A DNA stretch of 64,000 nucleotides from the human T2T-CHM13v2.0 reference genome, Homo sapiens, in NCBI GenBank assembly GCA_009914755.4, contig CP086569.2, forward strand, positions 61,888,001 through 61,952,000, given 5' to 3'. Below the pieces are notes generated by a model, which had not been told where the DNA came from, did not search any database, and saw nothing but the letters and a program-made list of their open reading frames with translations. This document shows positions 42,020-56,165 of this stretch, in pieces (position 1 is the first letter of the stretch; the number at the start of each line of letters is the position of its first letter). The position numbers and the translations under genes are program-made.

Positions 42020-45000
42020 GAGAATCAAATGGAATTGAATCGAATGGAATCGAATGGATTGGAAAGGAATAGAATGGAATGGAATGGAACTGACTCAAAT
42101 GGAATGGACTAGAATGAAATGGAGTCGAATGGAAGGCAAAGGAATAGAATCTATTGGAATGGACTGTAATGGAATGGAATGGAAGGGATTGGAATGGACT
42201 CGAATGGAATGGACTGCAATAGAAAGGATTCGAAGGGAATGAAAAAGAATTGAATGGAATAGAACATAATGGAATCAAATCGAATGTAACGGAATGGAAT
42301 TGAAAGGAATGGAAAGGATTCGAATGGAATGCAATCGAAGGGAATGCAATCGAATGGAATGGAATCGAACGGAATGGAATAAAATGGAAGAAAACTGGCA
42401 AGAAATGGAATCGAAATGAATGGAGTGTTATGGAACGGACTCAAAAGGAATTGAATGTAATAGAATGGAGTGGAGTGGACTCGAATATTATGGACTGGAA
42501 TGGAATGGAATCACATGGAATGGGAACGAATGGAATGGAATGGAAAGGAATGGAATCGAATGGAAAGGAATCGAATGGAAGGGAATGAAATTGAATCAAC
42601 AGGAATGGAAGGGAATAGAATAGACTGTAATGGAATGGACTCGAATAGAATGGACACGAATGCTCAAATTGAATGGACTCGTATAGAATGGAAACGAAAG
42701 GAATGTCATCGAATGGAATTGAATCCATTGGAATAAAATCGCATAGAATGGAGTGGAATCAAATGGAATTGTATCGAAAGTAAAGGAAGCGAATGGACTG
42801 AAATGAAATGGAATGGAATTGAATGGAAACTAATGCAATGGAATGGAATGGAACGAAATTTCACGGAATGGAATCAAACAGAATGGAATCAAATCAATGG
42901 AATATAATCAAATGGAATGGATAGGAAGTAAAAGGAATAGATTCGATTGGAAGGGATTGGAATGCAATGGAATGGGAAGGACTCGAATTTCATGAAACGG
43001 AATGGAATGGACTCGAATGGAATGGAATGTCATGGAATGGCATCAAATGAAATGGCATCAAATGGAATGGAATCGAATGCAATGGAATGTTATGGAATGG
43101 AATGGGATGCATTGGAATGAAATGTCCTCTAATGGAATGGATTCGAGTGGAACGGAATCGAATATAATGGAGTCGAATGAAATGGAATTGAAAGGAATGG
43201 GATCGAATAGAATGGAATATACTGGAATGTAATGTAATGAAGCCGAATGTAATTGACTGGAATGGAATGTACGTGAATGGAATGTAATCGAATGGAAAGT
43301 AAGCCAATGGAATAGAATCTAATGCAATAAAATCGACTCGAATGGAATAGAATGTAATGGAATGGAATGCAGTGCAGTGGAACGGAATGGAATGGAATGC
43401 AATGGAGTGGAATGGAATGGAATGGAATGGGATGGAATGGTTTGGAATGGATAGTAATGGACTGGAGTGAAATGGACTGGAAAGGAATGGACTCAAATTG
43501 AAAGGGCTCGAAAGGAATGGAGTCAAATGGAATGATCTGAAATGGAATGAACTCGAATGTAATACAATCCAATAGAATGGAAACAAATGGAATGGAATTG
43601 AATGGAATGGAATTGAATGGAATGGGAACGAATGGAGTGAAATTGTATGGAATAGAAGAGAATAGAATGGAATGCAAGGGAAAGGAAAGGAATGGATTGG
43701 AATGGAATGGAATTCATTGGAATGGAAGGGAATGTAGTGTAATGGACAGGCCTGGAATAAACTGGAATGCTACGGTCTCGAATGGAATAAAAATGTATGG
43801 AATGGAATGCAATGAAACGGAATCGAATGTCATAGAATGTAATGGAATGCAAAAAAATGGACTCCAAAATCATTGACTGGAAAGGCTGGGTGTCGAAAGG
43901 AATTGACTCCAATGGAATGGAATCGAATGGAATGGAAGTGAATAGAATGGAACTAAATCGAATGGAATGGAATTGATAGGAACGGAATGGAAAGGAATGG
44001 AATGATTTGGCATGGAATGGAATCGAATGGCATCGAATGGAATGGAATGGAATGCAATGGAATGGAATGTATTAGAATGTAATGAACTTTAATGGGATGT
44101 ACTCGAATGGATTCGACTGGAATGGAATGTTCTGGAAGTGAATGGACTCCAATGGAATGGATTCGAAAGGAATGGAATCGAACGGAATGGAATCTAATGG
44201 AATGGATTTAAATGGAAAGGAATCAAGTGGAATAGCACGGAATTGAATTGAATGGAATCGAATGCAGTGGAATCTAATGAAACGGAAAGGAATGGAATGG
44301 AATGGCCTGGAATGGAATGGGCTGGAATGGAATGGAATCGAAACGAATGGAATGGAATCGAACTGCAGATACTGCAATGGAATGTACTGGAATGCAACGG
44401 AGTGTAATGGAAGGTTCTCGAAAAGAATGGAATCGAATGGAATGGAATTGAATGGAACGGAATAGAGTCGAATGGAATTGAATGGAATGGAATTGACTAG
44501 AGTGAAATGTAATCGAATCACAAGGAATGGACAGGAATAGAATGGTCTCGAATTGAATGGAATCGTATGGAATGGCATCAAACGGAATGGAATGGACAGC
44601 CACGTAATGGAAAGCACTCGAATGCAATGGAGTCGAAACTAATGGACTGGAATAGAATGGACTCGACTGGTACGGACTCCAATGGAATGGAATGGAATGG
44701 AAGGGAATCGAACAGAATGGACTCAAAGTGAAAAGACTGCAACGGAAAGGTGTCGAATGGAATGGAAATTAATGGAATGGAATGGAATCGAATGAAATGG
44801 AGTCAAAAGGAATGGAATCGAATGGCAAGGAATCGAATGTAATGGAATCGCAAGGAATGGATGTGAACGGAACGGAATGGAATGGAATCAAAAGGAATGG
44901 AATAGAATGGAATGGAATCGAATGGAAAGGACTCGAATGGAAATCACTTGAATAGAATGAAATTTAATAAAATAGGATCAAATGTAATGGAATGGAATGG

Positions 45001-45508
45001 AAAGGAATCGAAACGAAAGGAATGGAGACAGATGGAATGGAATGGAACAGAGAGCAATGGTATAGAATGGAATGGAAGCATCTGGAATGGAATTGAATGG
45101 AATGGAATAATATGATATGGAATGGAATGGAATGGAATGCCCTTGAATTAAATGGACTGGAATGGAATGGACTCGAACAGAGTGGAATGGAAAGTGTTGA
45201 AATAGAATGGAATGGACTCCTTTGGAATGGTCTAGTATGCAATGCAATCGACTGGCAGGGAATCAAAAGGAATGTAATCGAATGGATTGGAGTGGAATGC
45301 AATGGACTCGAATAGATAGGAAACGGAATGCAAAGGAATGGAATGGAATAGTATGGAATGGAATGGAAAGGAATGGAGTGGAATAGACTAGAGTGGAATG
45401 GAATGGACTCGAAAGCAATGGACTGGAATGGAACTTTCTTGAATGGACTGGAATCAAAGGGAATGGAGTCCAATACAATCAAAAGGCATGGAATAAAATA
45501 GAATGAAA
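42020..45508 (+). repeat. HOR copy 13 (3489 bp), domain 2, subtype B
   Basis: Delimited by the landmark at 42020 and 45509. It carries the gaatccattggaataaaatcgcatag variant block (~42721) and the 95-aa minus-strand ORF signature at 42441. Confidence 0.85.
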
Positions 45509-48500
45509 GAGAATCAAATGGAATTGAATCGAATGGAATCGAATGGATTGGAAAGGAATAGAATGGAATGGAATGGAACTGACTCAAATGGAATGGACTA
45601 GAATGGAATGGAGTCGAATGGAAGGCAAAGGAATAGAATCTATTGGAATGGACTGTAATGCAATGGAATGGAAGGGATTGGAATGGACTCGAATGGAATG
45701 GACTGCAATAGAAAGGATTCGAATGGAATGAAAAAGAATTGAATGGAATAGAACAGAATGGAATCAAATGGAATGTAACGGAATGAAATTGAAAGGAATG
45801 GAATGAAATGGAATGGAAAAGATTCGAATGGAATGCAATCGAAGGGAATGCAATCGAATGGAATGGAATCGAACGGAATGGAATAAAATGGAAGAAAACT
45901 GGCAAGAAATGGAATCGAAATGAATGGAGTGTTATGGAACGGACTCAAAAGGAATTGAATGTAATAGAATGGAGTGGAGTGGACTCGAATATAATGGACT
46001 GGAATGGAATGGAATCACATGGAATGGGAACGAATGGAATGGAATGGAAAGGAATGGAATCGAATGGAAAGGAATCGAATGGAAGGGAAGGAAATTGAAT
46101 CAACAGGAATGGAAGGGAATAGAATAGACTGTAATGGAATGGACTCGAATAGAATGGACACGAATGCTCAAATTGAATGGACTCGTATAGAATGGAAACG
46201 AAAGGAATGTCATCGAATGGAATTGAATCGATTGGAATGAAATCGCATAGAATGGAGTGGAATCTAATGGAATTGAATCGAAAGTAAAGGAAGCGAATGG
46301 ACTGAAATGAAATGGAATGGAATTGAATGGAAAGTAATGCAATGGAATGGAATGGAACGAAATTTCACGGAATGGAATCAAACAGAATGGAATCAAATCA
46401 ATGGAATATAATCAAATGGAATGGATAGGAATTGAATGGAATAGATTGGATTGGAAGGGACTGCAATGCAATGGAATGGGAAGGACTCGAATTTCATGAA
46501 ACGGAATGGAATGGACTCGAATGGAATGGAATGTCATGGAATGGCATCAAATGGAATGGCATCAAATGGAATGGAATCGAATGCAATGGAATGTTATGGA
46601 ATGGAATGGGATGCATTGGAATGAAATGTCCTCTAATGGAATGGATTCGAGTGGAATGGAATCGAATATAATGGAGTCGAATGAAATGGAATTGAAAGGA
46701 ATGGGATCGAATAGAATGGAATATACTGGAATGTAATGTAATGAAGTCGAATGTAATTGACTGGAATGGAATGTACGTGAATGGAATGTAATCGAATGGA
46801 CAGTAATCCAATGGATTAGAATCTAATGCAATAAAATCGACTCGAATGGAATAGAATGTAATGGAATGGAATGCAGTGCAGTGGAACGGAATGGAATGGA
46901 ATGCAATGGAGTGGAATGGAATGGAATGGAATGGAATGGAATGGAATGGAATAGTGTGGAATGGATAGTAATGGACTGGAGTGAAATGGACTGGAAAGGA
47001 ATGGACTCAAATTGAAAGGGCTCGAAAGGAATGGAGTCAAATGGAATGATCTGAAATGGAATGAACTCGAATGTAATACAATCCAATAGAATGGAAACAA
47101 ATGGAATGGAATTGAATGGAATGGAATTGAATGGAATGGGAACGAATGGAGTGAAATTGTATGGAATAGAAGAGAATAGAATGGAATGCTAGGGAAAGGA
47201 AAGGAATGGATTGGAATGGAATGGAATTCATTGGAATGGAAGGGAATGTAGTGTAATGGACAGGCCTGGAATAAACTGGAATGCTACGGTCTCGAATGGA
47301 ATAAAAATGTATGGAATGGAATGCAATGAAACGGAATCGAATGTCATAGAATGTAATGGAATGCAAAAAAATGGACTCCAAAATCATTGACTGGAAAGGC
47401 TGGGTGTCGAAAGGAATTGACTCCAATGGAATGGAATCGAATGGAATGGAAGTGAATAGAATCGAACTAAATCGAATGGAATGGAATTGATAGGACCGGA
47501 ATGGAAAGGAATGGAATGATTTGGCATGGAATGGAATCGAATGGCATCGAATGGAATGGAATGGAATGCAATGGAATGGAATGTATTAGAATGTAATGAA
47601 CTTTAATGGGATGTACTCGAATGGATTCGACTGCAATGGAATGTTCTGGAAGTGAATGGACTCCAATGGAATGGATTCGAAAGGAATGGAATCGAACGGA
47701 ATGGAATCTAATGGAATGGAATTAAATGGAAAGGAATCAAATGGAATAGCACGGAATTGAATTGAATGGAATCGAATGCAATGGAATCTAATGAAACGGA
47801 AAGGAATGGAATGGAATGGGCTGGAATGGAATGGGCTGGAATGGAATGAAATCGAAACGAATGGAATGGAATCGAACGGAATGGAATCTAATGGAATGGA
47901 ATTAAATGGAAAGGAATCAAATGGAATAGCACGGAATTGAATTGAATGGAATCGAATGCAATGGAATCTAATGAAACGGAAAGGAAAGGAATGGAATGGA
48001 ATGGAATCGAAACGAATGGAATGGAATCGAACTGCAGAGACTGCAATGGAATGTACTGGAATGCAAGGGAGTGTAATGGAAGGTTCTCGAAAAGAATGGA
48101 ATCGAATGGAATGGAATTGAATGGAACAGAATAGAGTCGAATGGAATTGAATGGAATGGAATGGACTAGAGTGAAATGGAATCGAGTCACAAGGAATGGA
48201 CAGGAATAGAATGGTCTCGAATTGAATGGAATCGTATGGAATGGCATCAAACGGAATGGAATGGACAGCCACGGAATGGAATGCACTCGAATGCAATGGA
48301 GTCGAAACTAATGGACTGGAATAGAATGGACTCGACTGGTACGGACTCCAATGGAATGGAATGGAATGGAAGGGAATCGAACGGAATGGACTCGAAGTGA
48401 AAAGACTGCAACGGAAAGGTTTCGAATGGAATGGAAATTAATGGAATGGAATGGAATCGAATGAAATGGAGTCAAACGGAATGGAATCGAATGACAAGGA

Positions 48501-49177
48501 ATCGAATGTAATGGAATCGCAAGGAATGGATGTGAACGGAACGGAATGGAATGGAATCAAAAGGAATGGAATAGAATGGAATGGAATCGAATGGAAAGGA
48601 CTCGAATGGAAATCACTTGAATAGAATGCAATTTAATAAAATAGGATCAAATGTAATGGAATGGAATGGAAAGGAATCGAAACGAAAGGAATGGAGACAG
48701 ATGGAATGGAATGGAACAGAGAGCAATGGTATAGAATGGAATGGAATCATCTGGAATGGAATTGAATGGAATGGAATAATATGATATGGAATGGAATGGA
48801 ATGGAATGCCCTCGAATTAAATGGACTGGAATGAAATGGACTCAAAAAGAGTGGAATGGAAAGTGTTGAAATAGAATGGAATGGACTCCTTTGGAATGGT
48901 CTAGTATGCAATGCAATCGACTGGCAGGGAATCAAAAGGAATGTAATCGAATGTATTGGACTGGAATGCAATGAACTCGAATAGATAGGAAACGGAATGC
49001 AAAGGAATGGAATGGAATAGTATGGAATGGAAAGGAAAGGAATGGAGTGGAATAGACTAGAGTGGAATGGAATGGACTCGAAAGCAATGGACTGGAATGG
49101 AACTTTCTTGAATGGACTGGAATCAAACGGAATGGAATGCAATGCAATCAAATGGCATGGAATAAAATAGAATGAAA
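45509..49177 (+). repeat. HOR copy 14 (3669 bp), domain 2, enlarged by an internal 180 bp tandem duplication
   Basis: Delimited by the landmark at 45509 and 49178. The duplicated unit at 47697-47876 is repeated at 47877-48056. Confidence 0.85.
47697..48056 (+). repeat. Intra-HOR tandem duplication: 180 bp unit present twice (47697-47876 and 47877-48056)
   Basis: The 60-mer at 47701 (atggaatctaatggaatggaattaaatggaaaggaatcaaatggaatagcacggaattga) recurs exactly at 47881. The junction at ~47870-47885 joins ggaatggaatcgaac to ggaatggaatctaatgg, which is short-homology-mediated. This accounts for the 3669 bp length of copy 14. The minus-strand ORF 47586-48296 shows the duplicated peptide block. 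Confidence 0.9.
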
Positions 49178-52100
49178 GAGAATCAAATGGGATTGAATCG
49201 AATGGAATCGAATGGATTGGAAAGGAATAGAATGGAATGGAATGGAACTGACTCAAATGGAATTGTCTAGAATGGAATGGAGTCAAATGGAAGGCAAAGG
49301 AATAGAATCTACTGGAATGGACTGTAATGGAATGGAATGGAAAGGATTGGAATGGACTCGAATGGAATGGACTGCAATAGAAAGGATTCGAATGGAATGA
49401 AAAAGAATTGAATGGAATAGAACAGAATGGAATCAAATCGAATGTAACGGAATAGAATTGAAAGGAATGGAATGAAATGGAATGGAAAGGATTCGAATGG
49501 AATGCAATCGAAGGGAATGCAATCGAATGGAATGGAATCGAACGGAATGGAATAAAATGGAAGAAAACTGGCAAGAAATGGAATCGAAATGAATGGAGTG
49601 TTATGGAACGGACTCAAAAGGAATTGAATGTAATAGAATGGAGTGGAGTGGACTCGAATATAATGGACTGGAATGGAATGGAATCACATGGAATGGGAAT
49701 GAATGGAATGGAATGGAAAGGAATGGAATCGAATGGAAAGGAATCGAATGGAAGGGAAGGAAATTGAATCAACAGGAATGGAAGGGAATAGAATAGACTG
49801 TAATGGAATGGACTCGAATAGAATGGACACGAATGCTCAAATTGAATGGACTCGTATAGAATGGAAACGAAAGGAATGTCATCGAATGGAATTGAATCGA
49901 TTGGAATGAAATCGCATAGAATGGAGTGGAATCTAATGGAATTGAATCGAAAGTAAAGGAAGCGAATGGACTGAAATGAAATGGAATGGAATTGAATGGA
50001 AAGTAATGCAATCGAATGGAATGGAACGAAATTTCACGGAATGGAATCAAACAGAATGGAATCAAATCAATGGAATATAATCAAATGGAATGGATAGGAA
50101 TTGAATGGAATAGATTGGATTGGAAGGGATTGGAATGCAATGGAATGGGAAGGACTCGAATTTCATGAAACGGAATGGAATGGACTCGAATGGAATGGAA
50201 TGTCATGGAATGGCATCAAATGGAATGGCATCAAATGGAATGGAATCGAATGCAATGGAATGTTATGGAATGGAATGGGATGCATTGGAATGAAATGTCC
50301 TCTAATGGAATGGATTCGAGTGGAATTGAATCGAATATAATGGAGACGAATGAAATGGAATTGAAAGGAATGGGATCGAATAGAATGGAATATACTGGAA
50401 TGTAATGTAATGAATTTGAATGTAATTGACTGGAATGGAATGTACGTGAATGGAATGTAATCGAATGGAAAGTAATCCAATGGAATAGAATCTAATGCAA
50501 TAAAATCGACTCGAATGGAATAGAATGGAATGGAATGGAATGCAGTGCAGTGGAACGGAATGGAATGGAATGCAATGGAGTGGAATGGAATGGAATGGAA
50601 TGGGATGGAATGGTTTGGAATGGATAGTAATGGACTGGAGTGAAATGGACTGGAAAGGAATGGACTCAAATTGAAAGGGCTCGAAAGGAATGGAGTCAAA
50701 TGGAATGATCTGAAATGGAATGAACTCGAATGTAATACAATCCAATAGAATGGAAACAAATGGAATGGCATTGAATGGAATGGAATTGAATGGAATGGGA
50801 ACGAATGGAGTGAAATTGTATGGAATAGAAGAGAATAGAATGGAATGCAAGGGAAAGGAAAGGAAAGGATTGGAATGGAATGGAATTCATTGGAATGGAA
50901 GGGAATGTAGTGTAATGGACAGGCCTGGAATAAACTGGAATGCTACGGTCTGGAATGGAATAAAAATGTATCAAATGGAATGCAATGAAACGGAATTGAA
51001 TATCATAGAATGTAATGGAATGCAAAAAAATGGACTCCAAAATCATTGACTGGAAAGGCTGGGTGTCGAAAGGAATTGACTCCAATGGAATGGAATCGAA
51101 TGGAATGGAAGTGAATAGAATTGAACTAAATCGAATGGAATGGAATTGATAGGAACGGAATGGAAAGGAATGGAATGATTTGGCATGGAATGGAATCGAA
51201 TGGCATCGAATGGAATGGAATGGAATGCAATGGAATGGAATGTATTAGAATGTAATGAACTTTAATGGGATGTACTCGAATGGATTCGACTGGAATGGAA
51301 TGTTCTGGAAGTGAATGGACTCCAATGGAATGGATTCGAAAGGAATGGAATCGAACGGAATGGAATCTAATGGAATGGAATTAAATGGAAAGGAATCAAA
51401 TGGAATAGCACGGAATTTAATTGAATGGAATCGAATGCAATGGAATCTAATGAAACAGAAAGGAAAGGAATGGAATGGAATGGAATCGAAACGAATGGAA
51501 TGGAATCGAACTGCAGAGACTGCCATGGAATGTACTGGAATGCAAGGGAGTGTAATGGAAGGTTCTCGAAAAGAATGGAATCGAATGGAATGGAATTGAA
51601 TGGAACGGAATAGAGTCGAATGGAATTGAATGGAATGGAATGGACTAGAGTGAAATGGAATCGAGTCTCAAGGAATGGACAGGAATAAAATGGTCTCGAA
51701 TTGAATGGAATCGTATGGAATGGCATCAAACGGAATGGAATGGACAGCCACGGAATGGAATGCACTCGAATGCAATGGAGTCGAAACTAATGGACTGGAA
51801 TAGAATGGACTCGACTGGTACGGACTCCAATGGAATGGAATGGAATGGAAGGGAATCGAACGGAATGGACTCGAAGTGAAAAGACTGCAACGGAAAGGTT
51901 TCGAATGGAATGGAAATTAATGGAATGGAATGGAATCGAATGAAATGGAGTCAAAAGGAATGGAATCAAATGGCAAGGAATCGAATGTAATGGAATCGCA
52001 AGGAATGGATGTGAACGGAACGAAATGGAATGGAATCAAAAGGAATGGAATAGAATGGAATGGAATCGAATGGAAAGGACTCGAATGGAAATCACTTGAA

Positions 52101-52656
52101 TAGAATGAAATTTAATAAAATAGGATCAAATGTAATGGAATGGAATGGAAAGGAATCGAAACGAAAGGAATGGAGACAGATGGAATGGAATGGAACAGAG
52201 AGCAATGGTATAGAATGGAATGGAATCATCTGGAATGGAATTGAATGGAATGGAATAATATGATATGGAATGGAATGGAACGGAATGCCCTTGAATTAAA
52301 TGGACAGGAATGGAATGGACTCGAACAGAGTGGAATGGAAAGTGTTGAAATAGAATGGAATGGACTCCTTTGGAATGGTCTAGTATGCAATGCAATCGAC
52401 TGGCAGGGAATCAAAAGGAATGTAATCGAATGGATTGGACTGGAATGCAATGGGGTCGAATAGATAGGAAACGGAATGCAAAGGAATGGAATGGAATAGT
52501 ATGGAATGGAATGGAAAGGAATGGAGTGGAATAGACTAGAGTGGAATGGAATGGACTCGAAAGCAATGGACTGGAATGGAACTTTCTTGAATGGACTGGA
52601 ATCAAACGGAATGGAATGCAATGCAATCAAATGGCATGGAATAAAATAGAATGAAA
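49178..52656 (+). repeat. HOR copy 15 (3479 bp), domain 2, subtype A
   Basis: Delimited by the landmark at 49178 and 52657. Confidence 0.85.
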
Positions 52657-55600
52657 GAGAATCAAATGGAATTGAATCGAATGGAATCGAATGGATTGGA
52701 AAGGAATAGAATGGAATGGAATGGAACTGACTCAAATGGAATGGACTAGAATGGAATGGAGTCGAATGGAAGGCAAAGGAATAGAATCTATTGGAATGGA
52801 CTGTAATGGAATGGAATGGAAGGGATTGGAATGGACTCGAATGGAATGGACTGCAATAGAAAGGATTCGAATGGAATGAAAAAGAATTGAATGGAATAGA
52901 ACAGAATGGAATCAAATCGAATGTAACGGAATGGAATTGAAAGGAATGGAATGAAATGGAATGGAAAGGATTCGAACGGAATGCAATCGAAGGGAATGCA
53001 ATCGAATGGAATGGAATCGAACGGAATGGAATAAAATGGAAGAAAACTGGCAAGAAATGGAATCGAAATGAATGGAGTGTTATGGAACGGACTCAAAAGG
53101 AATTGAATGTAATAGAATGGAGTGGAGTGGACTCGAATATAATGGACTGGAATGGAATGGAATCACATGGAATGGGAACGAATGGAATGGAATGGAAAGG
53201 AATGGAATGGAATGGAAAGGAATCGAATGGAAGGGAATGAAATTGAATCAACAGGAATGGAAGGGAATAGAATAGACTGTAATGGAATGGACTCGAATAG
53301 AATGGACACGAATGCTCAAATTGAATGGACTCGTATAGAATGGAAACGAAAGGAATGTCATCGAATGGAATTGAACCCATTGGAATGAAATCGCCTAGAA
53401 TGGAGTGGAATCAAATGGAATTGAATCGAAAGTAAAGGAAGCGAATGGACTGAAATGAAATGGAATTGAATTGAATGGAAAGTAATGCAATGGAATGGAA
53501 TGGAACGAAATTTCACGGAATGGAATCAAACAGAATGGAATCAAATCAATGGAATATAATCAAATGGAATGGATAGGAATTGAATGGAATAGATTGGACT
53601 GGAAGTGATTGGAAAGCAATGGAATGGGAAGGACTCGAATTTCATGAAACGGAATGGAATGGACTCGAATGGAATGGAATGTCATGGAATGGCATCAAAT
53701 GGAATGGCATCAAATGGAATGGAATGGAATGCAATGGAATGTTATGGAATGGAATGGGATGCATTGGAATGAAATGTCCTCTAATGGAATGGATTCGAGT
53801 GGAATGGAATCGAATATAATGGAGTCGAATGAAATGGAATTGAAAGGAATGGGATCGAATAGAATGGAATATACTTTAATGTAATGTAATGAAGTCGAAC
53901 GTAATTGACTGGAATGGAATGTACGTGAATGGAATGTAACCGAATGGAAAGTAATCCAATGGAATAGAATCTAATGCAATAAAATCGACTCGAATGGAAT
54001 AGAATGTAATGGAATGGAATGCAGTGCAGTGGAACGGAATGGAATGGAATGCAATGGAGTGGAATGGAATGGAATGGAATGGAATGGAATGGAATGGTAT
54101 GGAATGGATAGTAATGGACTGGAGTGAAATGGACTGGAAAGGAATGGACTCAAATTGAAAGGGCTCGAAAGGAATGGAGTCAAATGGAATGATCTGAAAT
54201 GGAATGAACTCGAATGTAATACAATCCAATAGAATGGAAACAAATGGAATGGAATTGAATGGAATGGAATTGAATGGAATGGGAACGAATGGAGTGAAAT
54301 TGTATGGAATAGAAGAGAATAGAATGGAATGCAAGGGAAAGGAAAGGAATGGATTGGAATGGAATGGAATTCATTGGAATGGAAGGGAATGTAGTGTAAT
54401 GGACAGGCCTGGAATAAACTGGAATGCTACGGTCTCGAATGGAATAAAAATGTATGGAATGGAATGCAATGAAACGGAATCGAATGTCATAGAATGTAAT
54501 GGAATGCAAAAAAATGGACTCCAAAATCATTGACTGGAAAGGCTGGGTGTCGAAAGGAATTGACTCCAATGGAATGGAATCGAATGGAATGTAAGTGAAT
54601 AGAATCGAACTAAATCGAATGGAATGGAATTGATAAGAACGGAATGGAAAGGAATGGAATGATTTGGCACGGAATGGAATCGAATGACATCGAATGGAAT
54701 GGAATGGAATGCAATGGAATGGAATGTATTAGAATGTAATGAACTTTAATGGGATGTACTCGAATGGATTCGACTGGAATAGAATGTTCTGGAAGTGAAT
54801 GGACTCCAATGGAATGGATTCGAAAGGAATGGAATCGAACGGAATGGAATCTAATGGAATGGAATTAAATGGAAAGGAATCAAATGGAATAGCACGGAAT
54901 TGAATTGAATGGAATCGAATGCAATGGAATCTAATGAAACGGAAAGGAATGGAATGGAATGGGCTGGAATGGAATGGGCTGGAATGGAATGGAATCGAAA
55001 CGAATGGAATGGAATCGAACTGCAGATACTGCAATGGAATGTACTGGAATGCAATGGAGTGTAAAGGAAGGTTCTCGAAAAGAATGGAATCGAATGGAAT
55101 GGAATTGAATGGAACGGAATAGAGTCGAATGGAATTGAATGGAATGGAATTGACTAGAGTGAAATGTAATCGAATCACAAGGAATGGACAGGAATAGAAT
55201 GGTCTCGAATTGAATGGAATCGTATGGAATGGCATCAAACGGAATGGAATGGACAGCCACGGAATGGAAAGCACTCGAATGCAATGGAGTCGAAACTAAT
55301 GGACTGGAACAGAGTGGACTCGACTGGTACGGACTCCAATGGAATGGAATGGAATGGAAGGGAATCGAACGGAATGGACTCGAAGTGAAAAGACTGCAAC
55401 GGAAAGGTTTCGAATGGAATGGAAATTAATGGAATGGAATGGAATCGAATGAAATGGAGTCAAAAGGAATGGAATCGAATGGCAAGGAATCGAATGTAAT
55501 GGAATCGCAAGGAATGGATGTGAACGGAACGGAATGGAATGGAATCAAAAGGAATGGAATAGAATGGAATGGAATCGAATGGAAAGGACTCGAATGGAAA

Positions 55601-56165
55601 TCACTTGAACAGAATGAAATTTAATAAAATAGGATCAAATGTAATGGAATGGAATGGAAAGGAATCGAAACGAAAGGAATGGAGACAGAAGGAATGGAAT
55701 GGAACAGAGAGCAATGGTATAGAATGGAATGGAAGCATCTGGAATGGAATTGAATGGAATGGAATAATATGATATGGAATGGAATGGAATGGAATGCCCT
55801 TGAATTAAATGGACTGGAATGGAATGGACTCGAACAGAGTGGAATGGAAAGTGTTGAAATAGAATGGAATGGACTCCTTTGGAATGGTCTAGTATGCAAT
55901 GCAATCGACTGGCAGGGAATCAAAAGGAATGTAATGGAATGGATTGGACTGGAATGCAATGGAGTCGAATAGATAGGAAACGGAATGCAAAGGAATGGAA
56001 TGGAATAGTATGGAATGGAATGGAAAGGAATGGAGTGGAATAGACTAGAGTGGAATGGAATGGACTCGAAAGCAATGGACTGGAATGGAACTTTCTTGAA
56101 TGGACTGGAATCAAACGGAATGGAATGCAATGCAATCAAATGGCATGGAATAAAATAGAATGAAA
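52657..56165 (+). repeat. HOR copy 16 (3509 bp), domain 2, subtype B
   Basis: Delimited by the landmark at 52657 and 56166. It carries the gaacccattggaatgaaatcgcctag block (~53371). Confidence 0.85.
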
